Shown in pieces: positions 8,716 to 16,757 of a DNA stretch of 18,597 bases. Made by a program: the position numbers and the translations under genes. The notes beneath the pieces are model-generated. The model worked only from the letters and a program-made list of their open reading frames with translations, had not been told where the DNA came from and made no database searches. Every line of letters starts with the position of its first letter. Position 1 is the first letter of the stretch. Origin of the DNA: Myxococcota bacterium (lineage in GTDB: Bacteria > Myxococcota_A > Polyangia > Polyangiales > Sandaracinaceae); assembly GCA_036149055.1 (NCBI GenBank), contig JAYZQJ010000109.1, positions 1 through 18,597 of the forward strand. Direction: 5' to 3'.

Positions 8716-10293
8716 TCAGAACTCGTCGGCGAGGAACACCCCGCCGCCGCCACCGCCGCCGCGCCCACCCCGCCGCACCGGACGCGGCCGACGCCGACGC
8801 GCCGGACGCGCGGTCTCGGGCTCGGCCGCCGCCTCGGGCTCCGTCTCGGCCTCGGCCTCGGCTGCCGTCTCGGCCTCGGCTTCGGCCACGGTCTCGGTCT
8901 CGGCTTCGGCCACGGTCTCGGCTTCGGCCACGGTCTCGGCTTCGGGCTCGGTCTCGGCTTCGGTCTCGGCTTCGGCTTCGGGCTCGGCCGCGGCTTCGGC
9001 CGCCGCCTCGGCGCGCGCCGCCGTCACCGGGAGCTCGGTCGCGGTCATCTCCTGCGCCTCTCCCTTCCGGAGCTGCGACAGCGCCACCACCGCGCCGGCG
9101 GCGGCGGCGAGCAGCGCGATGACCCCGACGAGGATCGGGAACAGCAGGCTCTTCTTCTTGGCAGGCGTCGGCGCGACCGTCGGCGTCAGCGTCGAAGGCG
9201 CGGCGCGCACCAGCTGAGCCGAGGGCACCGACTGCAGGGTCGGCGAGGACTCCAGCTCCAGCCCGACCGCGCTGACCGTCAGCGTCCGCAGCACCCCGTC
9301 GTCGACCGGGAGGGCCGGCGCCTTCACCCCCGAGACGCTCTCCGGGAGCTGCTCCACCTCGCGGCGAATGGTGTCGCCCATCATCAGCGCGAGCAGCCGC
9401 GCGAGATCGGAGTCGTCGAGGGCGAGCGCGGTGGGCACCGCGGCGGCGAGCGCCTTGCGGAGCGCCTGCGCGCTCTGGAAGCGGTCGTCGGGCTCGCGGG
9501 CGGTGGCCTTCATGATCACCTGCTCGAGCGCCTCCGGCACGTCCGGGTTCAGCTCCCGCACCGGCGGCAGCTTCGGGTCGCGCACCAGCTCGAGCATGAG
9601 AAAGTCATTGTCCGCCTTGAAGGCGCGGCGGCCGGTGAGCATCTCCCAGAGCACCACCCCGAGCGCGTAGACGTCGGCCCGGCGGTCCACCGGCTTCCCG
9701 AACGCCTGCTCGGGCGCCATGTAGGCGATCTTGCCCTTGAGCGAGCCGCCGGTCGTCTCCGAGGCGCGGCCCGCCGCCTTGGCCACGCCGAAGTCGATGA
9801 GCTTCACGTGGCCCTTGTAGGCGAGCAGGATGTTCTGCGGGCTGACGTCGCGGTGCACCACCCCGAGCGGCGCGCCGTCCGAGCCCGTCGCCTCGTGCGC
9901 CGCGTGCAGCCCTTCGGCGACCTTGGCCGCGACGTAGGTCGCGAGGTCGGCGTTGAGGTTGCGGCGCTGCTTGTTGAGCGCCGAGAGCAGCATCGCCAGC
10001 GAGCAGCCGTGCACGTACTCCATCACGAGGAAGTGACGGCCGTTCACCTGCCGGAGCTGCTCGACGTGCACCACGTTCGGGTGCTGGATCTTCGACGACA
10101 GCAGCGCCTCGTCGACGAACATCTGCACGAAGGTCGGGTCGGCGGCGAGGTGCTCGTGCACCACCTTGATGGCCACGTGGCGGCTGAAGCCCGAGGCGCC
10201 CGAGCGCTTGCCCAGGAAGAGCGTGGCCATCCCGCCGGCCTTGAGCTTCGCGACGATCTCGTACTCGCCGACCTTGTCGCCCACCTGGAACAC
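8716..10293 (-). CDS. Hanks-type Ser/Thr protein kinase with a TM helix and acidic repeat tail
   Basis: Motifs GGMATLF, VAIK, HRDVSPQN, DFG, YMAPE, DVYALG. TM 'LLFPILVGVIALLAAAAGAVVAL' followed by EAETVA repeats. Confidence 0.96.
   Translation of the reverse strand: MFQVGDKVGEYEIVAKLKAGGMATLFLGKRSGASGFSRHVAIKVVHEHLAADPTFVQMFVDEALLSSKIQHPNVVHVEQLRQVNGRHFLVMEYVHGCSLAMLLSALNKQRRNLNADLATYVAAKVAEGLHAAHEATGSDGAPLGVVHRDVSPQNILLAYKGHVKLIDFGVAKAAGRASETTGGSLKGKIAYMAPEQAFGKPVDRRADVYALGVVLWEMLTGRRAFKADNDFLMLELVRDPKLPPVRELNPDVPEALEQVIMKATAREPDDRFQSAQALRKALAAAVPTALALDDSDLARLLALMMGDTIRREVEQLPESVSGVKAPALPVDDGVLRTLTVSAVGLELESSPTLQSVPSAQLVRAAPSTLTPTVAPTPAKKKSLLFPILVGVIALLAAAAGAVVALSQLRKGEAQEMTATELPVTAARAEAAAEAAAEPEAEAETEAETEPEAETVAEAETVAEAETETVAEAEAETAAEAEAETEPEAAAEPETARPARRRRPRPVRRGGRGGGGGGGVFLADEF
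8815..9010 (-). repeat. Low-complexity 6/18-bp tandem repeats encoding Glu-Ala-Glu-Thr-Val-Ala-type units
   Basis: Repeated GGCTTCGGCCACGGTCTC and CTCGG(C/T) hexamers inside the kinase C-terminus. Confidence 0.8.
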
Positions 10294-10357
10294 GTCCGGA
10301 CGAGCTTAGAAGGGCCGCCCCCGGACCGCCACTTCCTACGGCCCGCCACACGAACCA

Positions 10358-10424
10358 GGGACGATCCTATTCAAGTCATCGAACTCGGCAAAGCGAGTTC
10401 GATGATTCGAATAGGATCGTCCCC
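10358..10424. repeat. 67-bp palindromic REP-like hairpin, copy 1
   Basis: GGGACGATCCTATTC-AAG-TCATCGAACTCG-gcaaag-CGAGTTCGATGA-TTC-GAATAGGATCGTCCC(C). Confidence 0.92.
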
Positions 10425-10593
10425 GAGCGCCGCCAGACGCGACGGAGTCGCGAGGCGACACACCGGCAGCTCCCTCTCCAGGGCGACGGGCTCGCCGCCG
10501 CCGAGATCGAGCACCCGCGCCCCCTCGACCGCCGCGTCCTCGCGCAGGATCGGCCCGGGCGGCGCGCGCGGGCGACATGACAGGCGACATGAC

Positions 10594-10660
10594 GGGGACG
10601 ATCCTATTCAATCATCGAAGTCGGCGAAGCGACTTCGATGATTCGAATAGGATCGTCCCC
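10594..10660. repeat. 67-bp palindromic REP-like hairpin, copy 2
   Basis: GGGGACGATCCTATTC-AATCATCGAAGTCG-gcgaag-CGACTTCGATGATT-C-GAATAGGATCGTCCCC. It lies 2 nt beyond the stop codon of the FHA kinase gene. Confidence 0.92.
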
Positions 10661-10662
10661 GG

Positions 10663-12192
10663 TCAGGCGGTGTCGCGGGCGGAGGCTTCGGCGGCGCGGA
10701 GCAGGGAGGCGACGGTGCGGCGGAGCGCCTCGGCCGAGACCGGCTTGCCGACGTAGGCGGCGGCGCCGAGCTTGGTCAGCTCCTCGCGCCGGCCCGGATC
10801 CCAGTGGCCCGAGATCACCACCATCAGGGGCGGCTCGGCGAGCTGGCCGAGCACCTCGACCACGTCGCGCCCGGTCAGCCCCGGCATGTCGAGGTCGAGC
10901 AGCAGGAGATCCGGCTTGCGCTCCTCCTCGCGATAGATCCGCAGCGCGTGCTCCCCGTCCCGCGCGAAGAGCACCTCGTAGCCCGCGGCCCGCAGCAGCC
11001 GCCCGAGGCTCCGCCGCACCAGCTCCTGGTCGTCGGCCACCAGGATGCGCGCGCCCGTCGACGCCACCATGCGCGGCGCGCTCTTCTTCTCCGGGCGGGC
11101 CAGCCGGGCCGGCGGCTCCACCGCCGAGAGCACGATCCGGAACGCGGTGCCCCGGCCGGGCTCGCTGCTCACCTCGACGCTGCCGCCCATGCCGCGCACC
11201 AGCTCGGCCACCGTCGCCAGCCCCAGCCCCGTCCCGCGCCCGAGCGGCTTGGTGGTGAAGAACGGCTCGAACGCGTGCTCCAGCGTCTCGGGCGGCATGC
11301 CCACCCCGGTGTCGCTCACCGAGATCACCACCCGGTCGACCACCCGGTCCGCCCGCAGCACGATCGCGCCGCCGTCGGGCATCGCGTCGCGCGCGTTGAG
11401 GCAGAGGTTGAGCAGCACCTGGTGCAGCTCGGTCTGGCTGCCGAAGACGTGCAGCCCCGGCGCCGCGTCCACCTGGATGCGGTGGCCGGCCCGGAAGGTG
11501 CGGCGGCAGAGCCGGGCGACCTCCTCGAAGACCTCGGCCACCCGCACCGCCGCCCGCGGCGTCTCCTCGCGCCGGCCCAGCGTGGCCAGCGCCCGGGTCA
11601 GCTCCACCGAGCGATCGAGGGCCGCGCCCAGGTCGGTCACGCAGTCCCGCGCCTCGGCGGGGAGCGGCCCGAGGATCGCCTCGAGGTGCTCCAGCGTCGC
11701 CTGAGCCGCGCCGACCACGTTGTTGAAGTCGTGGGCGATGCCGGCGGCCATGCGCCCGATCGCCTCCATCTTCTGCCGCTCCCGCAGCTCGCGCTCGAGC
11801 GGGTCCTCGCAGGAGAAGAGCAGCGTGATCTGTTGCCCCAGATCCACCCGGGTCCCCGGCACCAGCGGCGCCCGGCTGACCACCATACCGTCCACCCAGG
11901 TCCCGTTGCGGCTCCCCAGGTCCTCCACCTCGAACGTCCCGTCCGGCAGCTCGACGATGCGCGCGTGCCGGCGGGAGATCGACGTCTCCTGCAGCTGCAC
12001 CGTGCACTCGGCGGCCCGCCCGATGACCGTCTCGGGGCCGAGATCGATGCGGCTCCCCGGGCTGGGGCCGCGCAACACGACCAGCCGGGGCCGGGTCGAA
12101 GGCGCGCTGGGGGGCGGCGTACGAAACGCCGGGAACTGCGCGGTGGTCTCGAAGAAAGGGTCACTCAATGGGGAACCTCGGCGGGGCACCAA
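10663..12192 (-). CDS. FHA-domain hybrid sensor histidine kinase / response regulator
   Basis: FHA: IGR..., SISRRHARI, DLGSRNGT. H-box AGIAHDFNN, N-box QVLLNLCLNARDA, G1 DTGVGM, F-box FEPFFTTK, G2 GTGLGL. REC: ADD...LLDLDMPG...SG...KP. Start approximate. Confidence 0.93.
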   Translation of the reverse strand: MVPRRGSPLSDPFFETTAQFPAFRTPPPSAPSTRPRLVVLRGPSPGSRIDLGPETVIGRAAECTVQLQETSISRRHARIVELPDGTFEVEDLGSRNGTWVDGMVVSRAPLVPGTRVDLGQQITLLFSCEDPLERELRERQKMEAIGRMAAGIAHDFNNVVGAAQATLEHLEAILGPLPAEARDCVTDLGAALDRSVELTRALATLGRREETPRAAVRVAEVFEEVARLCRRTFRAGHRIQVDAAPGLHVFGSQTELHQVLLNLCLNARDAMPDGGAIVLRADRVVDRVVISVSDTGVGMPPETLEHAFEPFFTTKPLGRGTGLGLATVAELVRGMGGSVEVSSEPGRGTAFRIVLSAVEPPARLARPEKKSAPRMVASTGARILVADDQELVRRSLGRLLRAAGYEVLFARDGEHALRIYREEERKPDLLLLDLDMPGLTGRDVVEVLGQLAEPPLMVVISGHWDPGRREELTKLGAAAYVGKPVSAEALRRTVASLLRAAEASARDTA

Positions 12193-12233
12193 CGGCAGCC
12201 TCGGGGCGCGCTGAAGGGGCCTCCCGAAGTCCG

Positions 12234-14072
12234 CTACGGATCTTCTCGCCGCTGGTGGAGCCGCAGCGCGATCACCTCGAGCAGCTCGTCGGCCGAGAAC
12301 GGCTTCCGGAGCACCGTCACGTCGTCGCGCCCCTCGAGGGCGACCTCCTCGAGGTAGCCGCTGCAGAACACGATCGGCAGGTCGCCCACGTCCTCCAGCA
12401 GATCGAGGCCGATCCCGTCGCCGAGGCGCACGTCGCTCACCACCGCGTCGAACAGGCCCTCGGCGATCGCGGCCCGGGCCTCGGCCAGCCCGCTCGCGCA
12501 GCGCACCCCGTGCCCGCGGCGCTCCAGGGCGCGGCGGAGCACCGCCGAGATGGCCTCGTCGTCCTCGACCAGCAGCAGCATCAGCGGCCGGGCGCGCTCC
12601 TCGCTCGGGGGCCGGTCGGACTCGCCCCCGGAGCGCGCGTCGTCGGCCCCCCGGAGCGTCACCTCGAACGTCGCCCCCTGGCCCGCCTCGCTCTCGACCG
12701 CGATGTGCCCGCCGGCCGACTCCACCAGCCCGTAGACCACCGACAGCCCGAGCCCGGTGCCCTTGCCGGTCGGCTTGGTGCTGAAGAACGGGTCGAAGAT
12801 CCGGTCGCGCGCCTCCGCCGGGATGCCGAGGCCGCGGTCCTGCACCGCGAGCGTGGCCCCGGCCTCGGTCACCCAGGTGCGCACCGTGATCGGGCCGCCC
12901 TCGGGCATCGCGTCGCGGGCGTTGATCACCAGGTTCACCACGATCTGCTCGAGCTGCGACGGCGCGATCCGGACCTCGGCGTCCGGCGCGTCCAGATCGA
13001 GCTCGAGCCGGATCTGCTCGCCGAGGGTGCGGGTGAGCAGCGGGGCCAGCGCCTGCACCTTGGCGTCGAGCGTGGTCGTCTCCTCGGGCCCCCGGCGCGT
13101 GCCCGAGAAGGCGAGCAGCTGGCTGACCAGCTTGGCCGCGCGGTCGGCGGCGCCGCGGATCACCTCGAGGTCCTCCATCGCCACCGGGTCCTGCTCGAGC
13201 TGCGGCCGGAGCAGCTCCGCCCCCGCCATCATCGCGGTGAGCAGGTTGTTGAAGTCGTGCGCGATGCCGCCGACGAGCAGCCCCACCGCCTGCAGCTTCT
13301 GCGACTGCACCAGCTGGGCCTGCGCGGCCTGCAGCTCGGCGAGGCTGCGCTCGAGGCGCCCGAGCAGCTCGGCGCGCTCCGCCGCCCCGGCCATCAGCTG
13401 CGCGAACGCCCCGACCGCCTCGAGGTCGGCCGGCTCGAGCGCGTTGTCCATCACGACGAAGAGATCGCTCACCGCCCCGTCGCGCACGAGCGGGGCGACG
13501 ATGGCGCGCTGGATCCCGGTCACGCGCACCACCAGCGGCGCCGCCCAGCGGAGCGACGCGTCGAACGCCTGCCGCAGCACCGCGGTGGTGTCGCTCACGT
13601 ACACCGGCCCCCGCGTCTCGACCGCGCGGCGGTAGGCGTCCACCGGCGCCAGGCGCGAGCGATAGCCCACCGCGCGCCGCCCGGTCACCCGCTCCAGGTA
13701 GCCGAGCCCGCGGCTCGCCACCCGCACGTCGCGCACCTCGATGCTGTCGCCGCGCACGTCCACGCCCCAGAGGATGCTGCGCAGCCCCCGCGCCTCGAGC
13801 GCGTCGGCCGCGGCCGCGAAGATCGCCGCGCCGGTCGGCTCCTCGGTCGCCTCCAGCGCCGACACCGCCGCGGTCAGCGCGTCGCTCAGCCGGGCCCTGC
13901 GCTCGTGCTCCCGGAGCGCCCGCTCCGCCGCCACGAGCGCCCGCTCCGCGCGCCCGCGCTCGCTCAGATCCGCCACCAGGGCGCGGAGCCGGGCCACCTC
14001 TTCACGGAGCCCCTCCAGCTCCGCCTCGTCCGCCTCGCCGCCCCCCGGAATGTCCAGGGTCTCCTCACTCAC
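12234..14072 (-). CDS. Hybrid sensor histidine kinase (coiled coil, GAF-like input, HisKA/HATPase, REC)
   Basis: H-box GGIAHDFNN, QIVVNLVINARDA, DRGLGI, FDPFFSTK, GTGLGL. REC: VEDD...VVSDVRLGDG...SGY...KPF. GAF-like segment 'RRAVETRGPVYVSD...IQRAIVAPL'. Confidence 0.94.
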   Translation of the reverse strand: MSEETLDIPGGGEADEAELEGLREEVARLRALVADLSERGRAERALVAAERALREHERRARLSDALTAAVSALEATEEPTGAAIFAAAADALEARGLRSILWGVDVRGDSIEVRDVRVASRGLGYLERVTGRRAVGYRSRLAPVDAYRRAVETRGPVYVSDTTAVLRQAFDASLRWAAPLVVRVTGIQRAIVAPLVRDGAVSDLFVVMDNALEPADLEAVGAFAQLMAGAAERAELLGRLERSLAELQAAQAQLVQSQKLQAVGLLVGGIAHDFNNLLTAMMAGAELLRPQLEQDPVAMEDLEVIRGAADRAAKLVSQLLAFSGTRRGPEETTTLDAKVQALAPLLTRTLGEQIRLELDLDAPDAEVRIAPSQLEQIVVNLVINARDAMPEGGPITVRTWVTEAGATLAVQDRGLGIPAEARDRIFDPFFSTKPTGKGTGLGLSVVYGLVESAGGHIAVESEAGQGATFEVTLRGADDARSGGESDRPPSEERARPLMLLLVEDDEAISAVLRRALERRGHGVRCASGLAEARAAIAEGLFDAVVSDVRLGDGIGLDLLEDVGDLPIVFCSGYLEEVALEGRDDVTVLRKPFSADELLEVIALRLHQRREDP

Positions 14073-14182
14073 CGTAGGGTATTCTCCTACGAGCGGCCGA
14101 GCGGCGCCAGCGCGTGGTCTGTCGGTACCCTCGAGGGGGCCGCGAGCGAGGCCGCCGACAGTCCAGGTCGATCGAAGTGAGC

Positions 14183-14188
14183 TATAGT
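14183..14188 (+). promoter_or_regulatory. Putative -10 element (TATAGT) of a leaderless operon
   Basis: Near-consensus hexamer 6 nt upstream of GTG-ATG at 14195/14198. Confidence 0.5.
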
Positions 14189-14194
14189 TTCGGG

Positions 14195-14425
14195 GTGATG
14201 CTCACGAGACAGGACTGGCTCGAGGCCGTCGACGCGTTCGTCGACGAGCAGCGCTCGCGCTGTCTCTGGTCTTTCGAGGACGACTGGTACCCGTCGAGCG
14301 ATGAAGAGCGCGCACGTGTGCTCGACTCCATCCGACGCCACGGCGACCGCGCGGCCTTCGCGCGGGCCACGGAGCTGAAGCGATGGCTCTCACCGATCTC
14401 CAGAGACGCGTCTGCGGGGTCCTAG
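14195..14425 (+). CDS. Small hypothetical protein, putative partner/antitoxin of the downstream nucleotidyltransferase-like gene (~75 aa)
   Basis: MLTRQDWLEAVDAFVDEQRSRCLWSFEDDWYP...RRHGDRAAFARATELKRWL. It overlaps the next gene by 43 nt and is preceded by a -10 box. Confidence 0.7.
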   Translation: MMLTRQDWLEAVDAFVDEQRSRCLWSFEDDWYPSSDEERARVLDSIRRHGDRAAFARATELKRWLSPISRDASAGS

Positions 14426-15147
14426 CCGAGCGTGTGTCGGCCGACATCGACCAGTTCCACTCGACCGAGGAGGCTGTCGCCGAGGCGTCCTCCTCCGACC
14501 GAGCGACGCTCGTGGCCCGCGGCTTCGACGTCGAGCCGGTACGTGAGCTCCGAGGCTTCGTCGAGGTCGTCGTGCGCGACTCGGCACGCAGCGCGGTGGT
14601 CGTCCAGTGGGTGCGAGAGAGCGCCTATCGCTTCTTCCCGCTCGTGACCCACCCGGTCCTCGGGCTCGCCCTTCATCCGTTCGATCTGGCCACGAACAAA
14701 GTCCTCGCGCTGGTGGGCCGTGTCGAGGTCCGCGACTGGGTCGACATTCTGACGTGTCACCGTGCGCTGACGCCGCTCGGCTGCCTGGTGTGGGCCGCCA
14801 CCGCCAAGGACGCCGGCCTCGGACCCGGCTTCATCCTGGAGCAGGCGGCGCGGACCGCGCGCTATACGCGCGACGAGCTGGCGTCGCTGGCGTTCGAGGG
14901 CCCACCTCCCGACGCCGCTGCCCTCCATCGAGAGTGGCGAGAGGCGCTCGTGGACGCGGGCGCCATCGTGGATGCGCTGCCCCTGGAGCATCTCGGATGC
15001 GCGGTGCTGGAGGGGGACGCCCTCTTTCGAGGCGACGTGAGCGCGCTGCGCGACGCCCGCGACTCCGGCCGTCTACGGTTCCGCTCCGGGAGCATCGGGG
15101 GCGCCTTCCCCGAGGTGCGCTCGCTCCGAGCCGAGGTGAAATCATGA
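14383..15147 (+). CDS. AbiEii/AbiGii-like nucleotidyltransferase family protein, apparently lacking the N-terminal GG motif (possibly inactivated)
   Basis: 'RVSADIDQFH' (R.S.DxD) and 'LHPFDLATNKVLALVGRVEVRDWVD' (K..A..R...RD..D) match AbiEii-type motifs. No hhGG.A segment precedes the DxD. Confidence 0.72.
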   Translation: MALTDLQRRVCGVLAERVSADIDQFHSTEEAVAEASSSDRATLVARGFDVEPVRELRGFVEVVVRDSARSAVVVQWVRESAYRFFPLVTHPVLGLALHPFDLATNKVLALVGRVEVRDWVDILTCHRALTPLGCLVWAATAKDAGLGPGFILEQAARTARYTRDELASLAFEGPPPDAAALHREWREALVDAGAIVDALPLEHLGCAVLEGDALFRGDVSALRDARDSGRLRFRSGSIGGAFPEVRSLRAEVKS

Positions 15148-15728
15148 GCACAGGTGTCTTTCTCAGCGTGCAGGAGTCCTATGTGCCGAACGCCCGGTCG
15201 GTGGCCCTGTCCCTCGTCGCCGCGGTGAACGAGAAGCTCGGAGAGCTCGGACAGCAGCCCATGGAGGACCCGGTGAAGGGTCCGCACGTCTGTGAAGGTC
15301 GGACTGGCCTGGATCACATCGGCTCGGCCTCGCTCCGAAAGCTCGGCGAGCTCGCGGGGGAGGAGCGAGCGCACGTGCACCTGCTGGCCCTCAACCCGTA
15401 CCGACTCGTCTACGCCCCGCGGTCGTTCGAGCGGCCGCAGGTGACGAGGCACCGAGAGGACCTCGCCGGGCAGACCGTCAACGTCCTCCTCGGCTCTTCA
15501 CTTCACCTCCGCGACGAGCTCCTCGACCTGGCGCCCGACCTGGGGATCCCGCTCGAGGGAGGCGTCCTCGGCGACGAGGTCGCGAAGAAGATCGACGACC
15601 TCGAGCCGCTTCACGAGGGCGAGAGCGACTGGGACCTCGTCGAGGGCACCCGGGTCGCGTGGCACATCCTGCACGAGGCCGCGCTGCTGTCGATCGAGAG
15701 GGACGTCCCGATCAGCCTCGCGGGGTGA
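15144..15728 (+). CDS. Hypothetical protein, 194 aa
   Basis: ATG at 15144 overlaps the upstream TGA (ATGA) and has a GAGGTG Shine-Dalgarno sequence. Globular composition from MSTGVFLSVQ; no family recognised. Confidence 0.78.
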   Translation: MSTGVFLSVQESYVPNARSVALSLVAAVNEKLGELGQQPMEDPVKGPHVCEGRTGLDHIGSASLRKLGELAGEERAHVHLLALNPYRLVYAPRSFERPQVTRHREDLAGQTVNVLLGSSLHLRDELLDLAPDLGIPLEGGVLGDEVAKKIDDLEPLHEGESDWDLVEGTRVAWHILHEAALLSIERDVPISLAG

Positions 15729-15786
15729 CGTCTCGCCCATCGGCGAGAGTGTCAGCATTTGCTGTCGCCACGCGGCCGGGGCTCGC

Positions 15787-15829
15787 AGAAAGAGAGGCCC
15801 CGGCGCAGGGGGGAGCGCGCCGGGGCCTC
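15787..15829 (-). terminator. Intrinsic terminator-like hairpin between convergent genes
   Basis: Perfect 13-bp stem GAGGCCCCGGCGC (15794-15806) / GCGCCGGGGCCTC (15817-15829), followed on the minus strand by TCTTTCT. It lies 21 nt downstream of the stop at 15851. Confidence 0.75.
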
Positions 15830-15850
15830 GGGGGGAAGTGGAATCGAAGA

Positions 15851-16636
15851 TCAGGCGGGGACGGGCGGCACCGGGTCGGTGGGCTGCACGTCCTCCTCGG
15901 GTGGCGCGTCGGTCATGGGCGGCTCCTCGGGCCGGGGGGCGTCGCCGGAGCGGGAGCGCGACTCGCGGTAGCGGTCGATGGGGGCGACGGCGGCGCGGAA
16001 GCGGGCGACCGACTCGGGGTCGTCGAGGTCGACCTCGCCGACGAGGATGCGGCCGTAGTCGGCGATGGCGTCGGCGAGCGCGGCGATGGCCTCGCGGATG
16101 GAGCCGCTGACCTCGGGCGCCACCTCGCCCTCGCCCAGGCCCATCGCCTCGCCGAAGTCGTCGTGCGCGCTGCGGATGTACTCGAGGTACGCCTCGCCGA
16201 GGAGCTCGTCGATCTCGGCCGCGAGCCCCTCCTGGTCGATGCGTTCGAGCGTGATCTTGCTCCGGAAGAACTGCTCCTCGTACGACGCGGTGATGAAGCG
16301 CGCGCCGCTCGGCAGCACCCGCGCGAGCAGCACCGCCGCGCGCTCGGCCTCGGGGCGCCCCTCGAGGCGGGCCAGGGCCGACAGCCCCTCGCGCAGCGCC
16401 ATGTAGCCGCCGTCGACCCGCCCATCGAGCGGCCGCAGGTTCTCCTGCGTGGCGAAGAACGTGTCGGTGGCGACCGTCTGCAGGTCGACCGCCGTGACGC
16501 GGACGCGCTGCAGCGCCTCACGGGGCCGCGGGTTGAGCGGGACCGGCGCGGCCTTGATGAGCCGGGCGGCGAGGACCACGCCGCGGGCGGCGGAGAAGCG
16601 GGTGGGCTTGAGGTACGGGGTGAAGTCGGCGCTCAT
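15851..16636 (-). CDS. Helical hypothetical protein with Pro/acidic tail, 261 aa (resembles a myxobacterial DUF6261-like family)
   Basis: ATG at 16636 with GGAGAG Shine-Dalgarno; GC3-rich codons. The pattern 'D..VDGGY.AL...L..LA.L...A..LL..VLP.G..F....Y.EQ...L.RID.EGL...I..L.G..YL..IR.AH..FG..MG' is recalled from myxobacterial hypotheticals; family name unverified. Confidence 0.82.
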   Translation of the reverse strand: MSADFTPYLKPTRFSAARGVVLAARLIKAAPVPLNPRPREALQRVRVTAVDLQTVATDTFFATQENLRPLDGRVDGGYMALREGLSALARLEGRPEAERAAVLLARVLPSGARFITASYEEQFFRSKITLERIDQEGLAAEIDELLGEAYLEYIRSAHDDFGEAMGLGEGEVAPEVSGSIREAIAALADAIADYGRILVGEVDLDDPESVARFRAAVAPIDRYRESRSRSGDAPRPEEPPMTDAPPEEDVQPTDPVPPVPA

Positions 16637-16757
16637 GAGACTCTCCAGTTCGCGTTGCGGCGAAGGGGAGCGCGAGACCGTCCCGCGGTTCCCCCCAACC
16701 ACGTACGAAGCGCCTCATCGCGTCCCGAGCGTCGAGGTTTCCTCGTAAAAACGCAGC

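Noticed and set aside
10358..10660. The hairpins as ordinary intrinsic terminators or tRNA/ncRNA genes
   Set aside because: They have no U-tract and no cloverleaf, and they recur as a dispersed family, so a REP-like repeat fits better.
10804..14180. Long plus-strand ORFs of 517 and 670 aa
   Set aside because: They are antisense to the two hybrid kinases and have no recognisable domains.
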